A stretch of 64,000 nt of DNA from Stegostoma tigrinum. Taxonomy: Eukaryota. Shown here in pieces: positions 52,157-64,000 of the stretch. Each line of letters starts with the position of its first letter. Position 1 is the stretch's first letter. The notes beneath the pieces were generated by a model. The model was given only the letters and a program-made list of their open reading frames with translations. It was not told where the DNA came from and did not search any database. A program made the position numbers and the translations under genes. The stretch covers positions 10,316,421 through 10,380,420 of the forward strand of contig NC_081397.1 in the NCBI RefSeq assembly GCF_030684315.1, in the 5' to 3' direction.

Positions 52157-53344
52157 ATACAAACAGATCAAGTTGTTACAATGACCATTATATGGAGTAG
52201 GTATTGAGTACAAATATGGAAGGAAACTTTTGATGTTTGTCAGTGACTGAGGACAGAAATAGTAAACAAAAACAGAATTTTCTGGAAAAGCTCAGCAGGC
52301 CTGGCAGCATGCGTGAAGAGAAATCAGAATTAATGTTTCGGATCCAGTGACCTTTGCGCAGAACTGAGGAAGTGTTTGAAAAGTTAACCATGATTTCTCT
52401 TCACGTGCTGCCAGACCTGCTTTGCGTTTCCAGCAAATTCCATGTTTGTTTCTGACTTGCAGCACCTGAAGTTTTTTGAGTTTTTATTTAGGACTAAAAT
52501 TATCTTTTGATGAATGATGTCCCATACAAAGACACAGAAATTAAATAATGTGAAATGCAAATGCACTTTCTCTGCCAAAGCCTGACAAGTAGAGAATGCA
52601 GCGTGGTCTGTCAGATACAGAATAAAATTCTCCAAATAAATAAATGAAAAAAAACTCAATATCCCAGTACAAAGTGAAACTAAGTATCTCAGTAAAACTG
52701 GAAACAGCCTACACTGACTCACAGGGCCAGCTTTTTTTAAAAGAAAAATAAGCTTGTCTGTCCATTTCTACATGATATCTTTACACTGACGCACTATCCA
52801 ACACTTGGATTCATGAAAATGCCTCAGAAATACAGACCAAGTACATGTCAGAAGCAGGCCATTCAGCCCATTGTGCTTGCTCTAGAACATTTGTACTCTT
52901 CAACTGTTTCCACAAATTGTTGGGAATATAATCTGCTCTCCACCTCCTTACCCCCTCAGACTGACAGAAAGCTCATAAACTGCAAATGGAAATGGGGTTA
53001 AGGCTCACTCTCTACGCCCTCATAACTATTCTCTCAGATTGAAGCACAGTCACAGAATATCACTGGTGGCCAGAGAATAAAACTATTTTGATGCACAAGA
53101 GTAGAAATTGATTATTTTGGATTGAGAACTTCACTCTCACAGTCACACAGCAAAAACTGGTGTTTGCAACAATTACTAAACTCACAAATGGACATAACAG
53201 AAACGGAAAGGCATACATTAATAGTTGCTCTTGTTCACGTTGCAGTAACTGACAAGAAAAGAATGATAATAACTCTCACATTCTCATTGTTCAAAACAGG
53301 AGAGGGGTTTGACAGTTAATAGGAGGGCCGTGGGAAGTGTTCCC

Positions 53345-54045
53345 CAACAAAGACGCCAAGGTGTTTGTGTGCGTAGTTCATTGAAAGTGGAGTCGCAAGT
53401 AGATAAGGTGGTGAAGCAAGTGTTTGCCTTCATTGGTCAGTGCATTGAGAATAGGAGTTGAGATGTCATGTTGTGGCTGTACAGGAAATGTTTTGGGTCC
53501 ACTTTTACTGCTTAAAGTTCTGGCCAAACTGCTGTCGGAAGGAAGTTGTTGAACTGGAGAGGGCGCAGCAAATATTTACAGAGATGTTAGCTGGACCAGA
53601 TGGTGTGAACTGTTTGGAGAGGGTGAACAGGCTCGGGCTTTCTCCCCTGCAGCGTCAGAGACCGAGGGGTGACCTTGGAGAGGTTTATAAAGTCATGAGG
53701 GGCATGGATAGGGTGAATAGCCATGGTCTCTTTTTCTCGGGTGGTGGAGCCGAAACCTTAAGGGCATAGGTTTACAGTGAGAGGGTCAATGTTAAAAGAG
53801 ACCTGAGGGAGATTTCTTTAGTGCAGAGTGTGGGGCATGTCTGGAACAAGCTGACAGAGGTACGCCTTGTGGAGGGTACAATGATAAGTTTTAAACACCA
53901 TTGGACGGGTAGATGAACAGGTCGACATGAGAGGGATATGTGCAAAATGCTGGCAAATGGGACGAGGTCAGATTGGGATGTTAATCTATTGCAGACCAGT
54001 TGGATGAAAGGGTCTGTTCCCATTCTGTTTCACTCATGGACGCTG
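53345..54045 (+). mobile_element. Old CR1 3' fragment
   Basis: RGDLGEVYKVMRGMDRVN motif and CR1 3' UTR. Confidence 0.8.
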
Positions 54046-56920
54046 TGATGCTCGAACTGATTCTGTACATAAATACAGATACTGCAAGGACAAGTCAGAG
54101 TCTGGGTATCCTGCAGTGAGTGTCTGGTCTCCTGCTTCCCCAAATCCTGTCCAACATCTCATGTGATCAAGTCAGGAATGTGATGGTTTAGCCCCACTTA
54201 CCCGGATGAGTGCAGCTCCACAAACACACCAGAAGCAAGATACCATCCAGGAGAGAAACACTTGATTGGCTCCACATCCGCAAACGTCCATTCCCTCAGA
54301 CACCAATACTCAAGCAGCAATGTGTACCTTCCAGAAGATGCACAGCTGGAATTCACCAATGCTCCATAGACAGTGCCTTCCAAGCCCACGACCACTTCCA
54401 CCTAGATACCACTGTGACACAGGGTGTCATCCAATACTTATGTGTTGCTTCAGTGAGAATGTCCCATTTCTTTCATTTCTCTGTATGTTCTTTCAACATT
54501 GAATTAATATTTATGGGACGAAGGTCAAGGTGAATTAATACTACAGATAACGGCTCACTTGGATCAGATATTGTCATTGAACAGTGGAGCAAATTGAATG
54601 GGCCAAATTTTCAATCCACTTCTTTGATTCCCTGCAGGAGTGAAACTCCAGACCGAGGACAAAGACTCGGGGCAGGCGGAATTCAGGCCCGTGGCAGTAT
54701 TTCGTCAACCAGTCACGAGATCATGCGGGGAGAGGGCCATAGCCACCCCTCTTGAAGATGCAGTTACATCATTAATTTTTAGCTCAGATTGGAAAGCGAT
54801 TGATGACTCTGATTCTCACAGTGGAATACAGTATTATACATTTTGTTGCAGTGATTCAATGCAATGGGATCACTGTGCCTTTCCCCTTATTCTATACAAC
54901 GAATCCTTTGAAACTCCTAATTGAAGATGGGCCCTCTATTAGCCAGGCCAAGAGTCGCCACAATCTGATAATGTTTAACAGACAATGTAATCACCAGGCC
55001 ATGGGATCTTTCCATGCATCTATTAATTCGCTTTTCAAAGTTACTGGCCGTACACCTTCAGTCATGCCCCAGAATCGCTTACCTATCAGGCTAGCTTGAA
55101 TTCTGCTGTCAATTGTATTAATTTTGTGTCTCTATTAAATTCTGTTACTCCTCTTATTTTCCCACTGTCTGAATTATAATAAAACAGACAGTTGACTCCT
55201 ACTAGGAGGCCAGGCAGCATCAGAGTATCAGGAAAGTTGATGCTCCTGAAGAAGAGTCCTGACCCACAACTTAAACTTTCCTGCACCTCTGATGCTGCCT
55301 GGCCTGCTGTGTTCCTCCAGCTCCACATTGTGTTATCTCCAACTGCAGCATTGGCAGGGCTTACTATTGCTGAGTTGATTCTTACGACTTGCTGTGAGAT
55401 TCATGATATTAATTGTATTATAAAGTGAGTTTTATTTAAAGCATTATGCTTACCCTACTCTTAGCTCTGTTGGAGCTAATGAATTGTGAGCCATTTGCTT
55501 CTTATTGGATGCACCAGGCATTCCTTTAGTGACATAGGAAACCTTCTGGTGACTAATTAACTTTCATACCCATGTTTGAATCTTCTCCCCTAATGCTTAT
55601 ATATAGATTTAGAATTACATTGAAATCCATCTGAAGGATCTTTAACTGGAACCAATTTCTTAATAGCGTGAATATTGCTGCAAGATGGAGTTATCTGCTG
55701 TTTTCATGATTAGCTAGGCCAGCTGTCTTTGGGATGATTGACACCCCTTGTCCTAACTAACTATATTCATCTAATGGGACAACATCCTTTCATTAAAGGG
55801 ACTGAAGTCAATTGCTTATCAATTTTAATGAACTTGTTTGATTCTGTAGATTTTTTTATGAGCCATAATCCCATGAGTTCAACTGTTTGTTTCTTGCAGA
55901 ATTTACTGTCCCCTTCAATCTTTGTTGCAAACCTTCAAACTGTCTCCAACAAATCTTGCAGCTGTTGTTTGTGCAATGCTCCCTTTTGCCTCGGAATAAC
56001 CTCTTCTCCAAAGTACCATTGTGTCTTTGTTAAATGCTGGAGCAGGCTTTCTTCATTCGTTCTGTTTAACCACGTGTCAGTCATAGGCAGCAGGGCTAGA
56101 GGAACAGCTTAGCTGCCAGCCATTCGGTGTCTCTTAGACTTGGGCAGCCCGAACATTGCTCATTCAATTCTGAGAGAGCTGGAGGCAGGGAGTTATTAAC
56201 ATGACCTGGGGAAGAGCTCTATTATTGCTCCACAAAGGGCCGACGCCTCAGGTTGAAGCATTCTCTGCCCTTTTCCCCACAGCCCCAGTTGCTTTCTTCA
56301 CAGTGGGAGAGAAGGGAGTTAGGGAATGACCCATTGATGTTTGTTGTTGGGAATTATTGGGAAAAGCAGTCCATGCCATTGGTGGCCCTGCCCCAAATGC
56401 TGCTTGTTTGGCTACTGTTTCACACTGTTTATCGTCATTGTGCAAAGAATAGTGGAAACACAGACAAGATGGTGGAAATATAAGAATCCTGTAAAGGACG
56501 CAGATTGGAGTCAATGGATTATATGTCTCGAGCAAAAACATTTGAAATAGTGTCTGTTGTGCTTCTTTACAACAGTTAGTGTGTTGGGATCTGGTAACAC
56601 AAACTGTGTCAATATTACAGCATCCTCAGGTAGCACCTTTAGATGCAGCTGTGCAATTGTTCAGTTTCTGGACCTCGCTGAGTTAGACCTGTGTTTGAAT
56701 TGATGGCTTCAAAGAAAAGGCAGAAGTCTCATGATTTGTGTTATAGTCCAATAGGTTTATTTTAAAATCTCAAGCTTTTGGAGCTCTGCTGCATTGTCAG
56801 GTGAAGTTGAAGAAAAGAAACATCCTAATAATTATCAACTGAATGTACGTTAATCTGTTTGAGATTGTCAAACCTGGCTGATGCTGATTTACAGAATGTT
56901 TCTCTTCTGTTTTCATCCAG

Positions 56921-57002
56921 GCAAATACATGAAGGACCAAGACAGTGTATCATTTCCTTGGTGCAAAGCCAAGTGTGAGCAGCTGCTTCTCACAAACAGC
57001 AG
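56921..57002 (+). other. Candidate 82-nt internal exon (best-preserved of 7 copies)
   Basis: Polypyrimidine tract TTTCTCTTCTGTTTTCATCCAG| and AG|GTATGT donor; open frame KYMKDQDSVSFPWCKAKCEQLLLTNS. Confidence 0.55.
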
Positions 57003-58469
57003 GTATGTTACCGCTGTCAGAATGGATCATTTCCACAGGCGTAGAGCAGTTTGAGTCAGAGACACGGTGATCTCAATTTCCAGAGAAATGCATTCAAGCC
57101 AACAGTCAAATACAAGCAACAAAATACAAGTAGTTTGTTTTCTCTCTTCCCAATGCACCCCTCCTCGGTTGCTATAATTTTCTTCATTCATAGCCTACTG
57201 ATATTTACAACATTTTTGAAAAGTCACAGACTGAATCTTCATCTGAGACGGACACCGAGGAACTGCACTAAATCTGCATTTAGTAAGCATGTTTTTCAAG
57301 TTACTGTCAAGGTGAAGAAATAGTTCATGCAGTTACATAGTTACTTCGCACAGTGTGAGTACAGATATGGAAGAAAACATTCACGTTATCAGTAACTGAG
57401 CAGGACGGTGTCTATGTTTTGACAAATTGATGTCCCATGCATAGAGAGAAGAATTAAATAATGTGACTTCCAAATGTGTGACATAAAATGGTTACTGAGA
57501 GCACATAACATAAACTGCACATGCGCGCGCGCACACACGCACCGACTTACTGAGTGATTTACAATGTATTCCAAATACATACATGCACCGTTCCAACACA
57601 CATTCCTCAACATCTAATAGCCATGAAGACCATGTACACTTCAAGCCTCAGCACATGTAACACTAAAAATGATTTCTACTCTCAGATTTCAGGTCAGAGA
57701 GCTAGCCTTCTATGAAAGAGACAAACAGAACAAAAAGTGAGCTCAGTTCTCCAATCTCCATGCACTCCCTGTAGGATTTAACTACATGGTAATGGCCATG
57801 GTCATAAATTAAGTATCAATTGTTTGCGACATCATCAAAAAAAATTGTGTGAATTTTTTGACATACTGAATTCCCATGAAGTAGTCCAAGTAGTAGATTG
57901 AACAAGAGATTCATTGTACCTCCAAATATCGAACGGTGTCTTAGACTGAGAGAGGTAACTAAAGTTTTTTTTTCCTTTTGTACAAACTGGAGGAATTGCA
58001 TATCAGGACAAGTGACAGATTGAAACCTATATTGCCATTGAATTTGTTTACCCCACAAACTGAATAGCAGAACCCACTGCCGAATATAAAGTTTTAAATC
58101 TACCTGAAGGAAATTAAATATTGACCTGAAAACAGGCAGAAAATAACATATGTTCAAGCAGATACCAAGTTTTTTGACTTACAATTAAGAATGATTCGTA
58201 CAGTGAACTTGCAACAAAAATGTGCACATTAAACTCAACACATTCAAACCAGAGACTGACCAATATTAGAATAAAACTTAAACTGTACCATAGAATGAAT
58301 ATTGTGGAACATACTCAAACTTCAGCCGCACTGCTAGAGTTAGCGAATGGTATAAACGCTGACGGTTTCACTTACAGCACCTTACATAGCTGCAGATAAA
58401 ATCTTATTCATGTTAATGAGCAGATATTTGAACATCAAAGAAAACCTGCAGATGTTGAAAGAGCAATAT

Positions 58470-60600
58470 TCAGCTGAAACTGACAGTCACAGATCGATAA
58501 CTTCACTTGCACATTTACACAGCAGAAACTTGACAGGGAGAGAATGATAAATGCATTTACAAATCAGATAGCGACAGGTATAGCTTAATAATTAGTTTCT
58601 CAGATTTACAGGGCAGGATCTGACTGGCAGAAATGAGAGAAAATACTCTCTCAGCCAGAGAGAAGAAAGTGACAATCACATATCATTGAGGCAGAGAGTA
58701 GCAGTAGAAGGGAGTTTCTCAAATTGGAGACCTGTGACCGGTCGTGTTCCACAGGGATCTGTGCTGGGACCACTGTTGTTTGTGATATACATAAATGATC
58801 TGGAGGAAGGTGTAGGTGGTCTGTGCAGCAAGTTTGCAGATGACATTAAGATTGGTGGAGTAGCAGATAGTGAAGGGGACTGTCAGAGATGACAGCAGAA
58901 TATAAATAGACTGGAGAGTTGGGCAGATGGAGTTCAATCCGTGCAAATGCGAGGTGATGCATTTTGGAAGATTTAATTCAAGGGTGTACTATACAGTAAA
59001 TGGAAGAGCCCTAGGGAAAATTGATGAACAGAGAGATCTGGGTGTTCAGGTCCTTTGTTCCCTGAAGGTGGCAACGCAGGTCAATAGTGTGGTCAAGAAG
59101 GCATATGGCATGCTTTCCTTCATCGGACGGGGTATTGAGTACAAGAGTTGGCAGGTCATGTTACAGTTGTATCAGACATTAGTTCGGCCACATTTAGAAT
59201 ACTGTGTACAGTTCTGGTCGCCACATCACCAACAGGATGTGGACTGTTTGGAGAGGGTGCAGGGGAGGTTTACCAGGATGTTGCCTGGTATGGAGGGTGC
59301 TGGCTATGAAGAGAGGTTGAGTAGATTAGGATTATTTTCATTAGAAAGACGGAGAGTGAGGCGGGGATCTGAATGAGGTCTACAAAATCATGAGGGATAT
59401 AGACAGGGTGGATAGCAAGAAGCTTTTTCCCAGTGTGGGGGACTCAATTACTATGGGTCCTGAGTTCAAAGTGAGAGGATGAAAGGTTAAGGGAGATATG
59501 TGTGGAAAGTTCTTTATACAGAGGGTGACGGGTGCCTCGAATGCGTTGCCAGTGGAGGTAGTAGATGCAGACACATTAGCATTTTTTGAGATCTATTTGG
59601 ACAGGTATCTGGATGGGCAGGGAGCAAAGGGACACAGACCCTTAGAAAATAGATGACAGGTTAGACAGAGGATCTCGATCGGCATAGGCTTGGAGGGCGG
59701 AAGGGTATTTTCCTGTGCTGTAATTTTCTTTGTTCTCTTTATTCTTTGTATATCGATAACTACACTCTTGTCTTCACGTATCAGAAAACGACAGGGACAA
59801 TGACAATTATGCACACATTCAGAATGCAAAATAACTGACAGGTACAGATTGATAAATATATGCACACATTATGAAAATGTAGAGATTGTGATCTATATTT
59901 GCACATTCACAGAAATTTGACATTTTTTTTGCAATGCACTCCCACATTCATGACGCAGGAATGGATGGGTATTGATTGACAACTAAACTCACATATGACA
60001 CAGCAGAAACTGAGAGGGACAGTTTGATAATTACAATCACATCTTCACGAGCAGCTACTGACAAATACAGATCAATAGCTACACCCAGTTCTTCACAAAT
60101 CCAAAGTTAACAGGTACAGATTAATAACTAAATTCCTGTCTTGATGATACAGAAACTGCTAGGTACAGGTTTATAAAAATGCTCACACATTCCCCAAGCA
60201 GAAACTGACAGGAATATATTGAAAACAAAACCTCAGTTTCTGCTCCATGAATGTATCAGGGATAGACTGACAATTACACAAACACATTTGAATATTCTGA
60301 TTTCAGATACTGACAGGGACAGATTGACAACTTCATTCATTGACACACACACACACACACCCCTGAAACTGACGGGCAAACTATGATAAGTGTATTCACA
60401 CCTCTACAACTTTCTGAAGAAGGGCCCAGGCCCGAAACATCAGCTTTCCTGTTCCTCTGATGCTGCTTAGCATGCTGTGTTCATCCAGCTCTGTGCCTTG
60501 TTATAACAGATTTATAACTACACTGTCAGATACACACGGGAGAAACTGAAAGTTACAGATTGGTAAATATGCTCATGCTGGCATGCAGCAAAAACTGACA
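58470..60600 (-). repeat. 49-bp minisatellite array in reverse orientation, split by CR1 and a pLTR fragment (60410-60505)
   Basis: AGAAACTGACAGGTACAGATTGATAA units; (AC)9 at 60343-60360. Confidence 0.85.
58685..59742 (+). mobile_element. CR1 LINE, 5'-truncated
   Basis: [32 protein letters not shown]. Confidence 0.92.
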
Positions 60601-62939
60601 CAAAAAAAAACAGCTCCTGTAAACCGTCATCAGATGGGTTTGAAAACATTTAACTGATCAATTCAACATCTAGCTAATAAGCATTCAGATATTTAGATTA
60701 TCACCAGGAATTCTAACAGAACTGTGGGTCTGATTGCACTCTTGCCCTGAGCTGCACTACATTTGATCAATTTTAAAAACTTCAACTCTAATTGAGTGAT
60801 GCACAGAAAGTAACCAACACCCGTACAGCTCCATGACTGGAACTACCTAATGCAAGCTTGTCTGTGCATATGTGTTTAGTTACTGATCCATGCATGTCAG
60901 TTGCTACCTGTTGAATGTGTGTGTGTAGTTATCAATGTGTCCCTCTAAATCTTTGGCAAATTACTTCTGTATTACACAGCAGAGACTGACAGGGAAACAT
61001 TGGTCTAGACCAATCAATCATTGTAAAAATGGTACAGAACAGAAGGAGGTCATTTGGTGCATCATGTCCATGCTGACCCAAACACCCCCAGATGGCCATC
61101 ACAATCACACCTTCCTGCACACATCCCATAGCCCTGCAGGTTTCATTCTATTATCCTTCAGAACTTGGTCCATATGTGACAGACCATCAAAAGAGGAGAG
61201 CCAAATTATTTTGTGAAGAATTTGGAAACTAAAATTTAACACTGAGGACCATTGGGTGAGTACCCAGGTTTTAGATAATGAGATTTTTTTTTGAAAAGAA
61301 CCGTTGTTATGGAACAAGACGGACAGCCACACTCCATTGATCCTTCAATCTTCCTGCATTCGAAAACTGAGCATTTTAAATGTTTCATGTGAAGTGGAGA
61401 GCCAGTTATGATTTAAATTATTATTTTTTTAAATAAATGTCCATGATTATAAAATCTTCTAGCGTACAACAGAACAAAAAAATTCTAGTTCCACAAGATG
61501 AAGAATTTGAGAACAATCCTGCGATAAAGGTGGAGATGGTAGTTCCCCTGCCACCGTGATACATTTATGGAAATTGAATGCTGGCTGAATGGATGTAATT
61601 ATTGGCTTGTTGTTTCTATCATTGCTGGCTTGGAGAGACAGGACTGTTTGCAGTGCTGTTGTTGTCTATGACTAGATATGTGTGAGTGATAATAATTTTG
61701 TATAGATCATGTATCTGTTGCTGGAGTTTAAATGGAACTCCATAGCTGTTAGTCCTTGGATCACATCTTTAGTTATGATGTCTGTATTTTGAACTAGTTC
61801 TGAGTCAGTCAGTACCTGTACCTGTCAGTCCATCCACGTGGAAACAAAGCAAGTAATAATACAGGTCCCGTCACACTTCCTCAGAACAGAGGTTCAACTT
61901 CAGAACATTCATTTCCATACTCATATGCTGATAGACTTGCTGAGATTTTGCAGCAATTTCTACTTTTGTTGCTGATTTCCAGCATCTGCAGTTCCTTGGT
62001 TTTTCTCATTTGTCAGGCATGTGTGTTTGAAGTTGTCATGATTTGATAAATGTATGCACACATTATAAAAATGTAGAGATTGAGATGAATGAAATGACAT
62101 GAATGGATCAGTAACTAAACTCATATGCACAGACAAGCTTGCATTAGGTAGTTCCAGTCATGGAGCTGTACGGGGGTTGGTTACTTTCTGTGCATCACTC
62201 AGAGTTGAATTTTTCAAAATTGATCAAATGTAGTGCAGCTCAGGGCAAGAGTGCAATCAGGCCCACAGTTCTGTTCGAATTCCTGGTGATAATTTAAATA
62301 TCTGAATGTTTATTAGCGAAATGTTGAATTGATCAGTTAAATGTTTTCAAACCCATCTGATGACGGTTTACAGGAGCTATCTGTTTTTTCCTTCCTGCAG
62401 ACAAACGCTTGAAGGAACAAGGCAATGTATCATTTCTTCAGTACAAAGCCAATTGTGACCAGCTCGTCCTAACAAACAGCAGGTATGTTCCCACTGTCAC
62501 AGCAGAGAACATCCTTTCCACAGTCACGGAGCAGATTGAGTCAGACACCGTTGAACTTTAATTTCCAGTCAGACACGTTCAAACCGACAATAAAACAACA
62601 CGGAGGAATGCCACTTTATTTTGCTTCTCTCTCCATTCAAAATACCCAGTTCAAACAGATTTCACCTAACATAACCCATTGACATTTACACCATTTTTGA
62701 AGATGGGTAGACTGAATCCTTATCCAAAGTATACCCTCAGGACTTGAAGAAAATCTGCATAGAATTACTCTGATATCAACTCCACATAATGAATCACGCT
62801 TCCACGGATAATATTTTTGGCTGCCTGAAACCTAATCCACTTTAAGGAGTAGAAAGTGACCAGTACGCATGGATACCTAACCTCACACATTCGTATTGTA
62901 GGGTCAGACGAAAAAAATAGTATTTGACCATATTGATAC

Positions 62940-63570
62940 TTCAGAAACTGCAAGTAAAAGGTTGATTAAAAATGTTCACATCGTCACATAATAGAAACTA
63001 TCATGCATATATTCATTGATGTACTCGCTTTCACAGAGACTGAAACTGGCAGGAATATATTGATGATAACACTCCCAATTTCACAGAGCATCAAGTGACA
63101 GCTACAAACTTAGAACTGCAATCACAAATCCACAGAGAGACAGGCACGGATTGCTGACTGTACTCAAATATTCAGAGTAGGTTCTCACAGGTACATCTTG
63201 GTAACTGGACGCTCAAATTGACAGAGAAGCAAATGATAGGTGCATGTTGCTTTCATGCACATATCCAAATGGACGAACTTGACAGGAACAGATTGATAAC
63301 AACCTTGAACATAGCAAGAACTGCAGATGCTGGAATCAGCCTTCCCAGTTACACACAGCATAAACTGACTGACATGTACAGTTTGATAATTACTCTCATT
63401 CACAGAGCGGAATCTGAAACGTCCTTATTGATAACTGTACTCACATGGCCACCAAGCGGAAACTGACAGAGTTTGATCACAGTGACAGTTAAATTGCGGA
63501 AATTGACAGATACATGTTGATAATTACTTTCACACTTGCCTTGCAGGTAATGTCAGGGTCAGTTCATTAA
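62940..63570 (-). repeat. 49-bp minisatellite array in reverse orientation
   Basis: ACTTGACAGGAACAGATTGATAAC units. Confidence 0.8.
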
Positions 63571-63579
63571 ATACGATGC

Positions 63580-64000
63580 TGTTGACTTGCTCACTGAGCT
63601 TGTAAGTTTGTTCACAGACATTTCATCACCATACGACATAACATCATCAGTGCACCGTGAATGAAACGTTGGTATTCTGTCCTTCTTGCTATTTATGTGC
63701 CTCACTTTGCTGGGGTGGTGAGCAACACTTCCAGATTGGTTTCTTAGTGGTTGGTGTGTGGTGTCCAGCTGGCCATGTTTGTTAATGGAGCTCTAGTTTG
63801 AACTCTCGTGCATGTCTTTGGTTGGGATGTCTTCTGATGGCTACCTTGTCCCAGTCAAACAGGTGTCCCTCTTTATCCATGTGCATTAAGGTGAGTGATA
63901 GTTGGCCATGACTTTTGGCAGCGAGTTGATGTCCATGAATCCTGATGGCGGGTTTTCTCCCGGTTTGCCTTGGGTAAGATTTATGGCAGTATTTGCATGG
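63580..64000 (-). mobile_element. Penelope-like GIY-YIG remnant, mirror counterpart of 12620-13060
   Basis: Reverse strand GQTGRKPAIRIHGHQLAAKSHGQLS..HMDKEGHLFDWDK. Confidence 0.75.

Noticed and set aside
54640-56090. Possible LTR-element remnant (also 16640-17340)
   Set aside because: No recognisable gag, pol or integrase motif or LTR pair could be read, so it is left unannotated.

Overview
Eukaryotic, repeat-rich DNA, most likely from a cartilaginous fish (inferred from an HE1/V-SINE, shark-type CR1 LINEs and Penelope-like elements). Four intact replication-dependent histone genes are present, each with a 3' stem-loop and a histone downstream element (HDE): H1 (27473-28096 +), H3.2 (29404-29814 +), H2A (35367-35759 -) and a second H1 (47413-48051 -). 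No H2B or H4 is visible. Much of the rest is decayed retroelements (CR1, Tx1/L1, Rex1, Penelope-like). Four structures are not explained by those features. (1) An old mirror duplication of about 50 kb (12.6-28.2 kb versus 47.1-64 kb) surrounds H3/H2A. (2) An unannotated multi-copy spliced unit has an NRF1-motif promoter plus first exon in 3 copies and an 82-nt internal exon with conserved splice sites in 7 copies; it is head-to-head with H1. (3) A degenerate ~49-bp minisatellite occurs in more than a dozen arrays co-oriented with that unit. (4) Tiny fold-back Penelope-derived inserts carry hammerhead-ribozyme cores and 13-14-bp target-site duplications (TSDs), two with empty sites visible in paralogous copies inside the window. 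Boundaries of decayed repeats are approximate and identities were estimated by eye.
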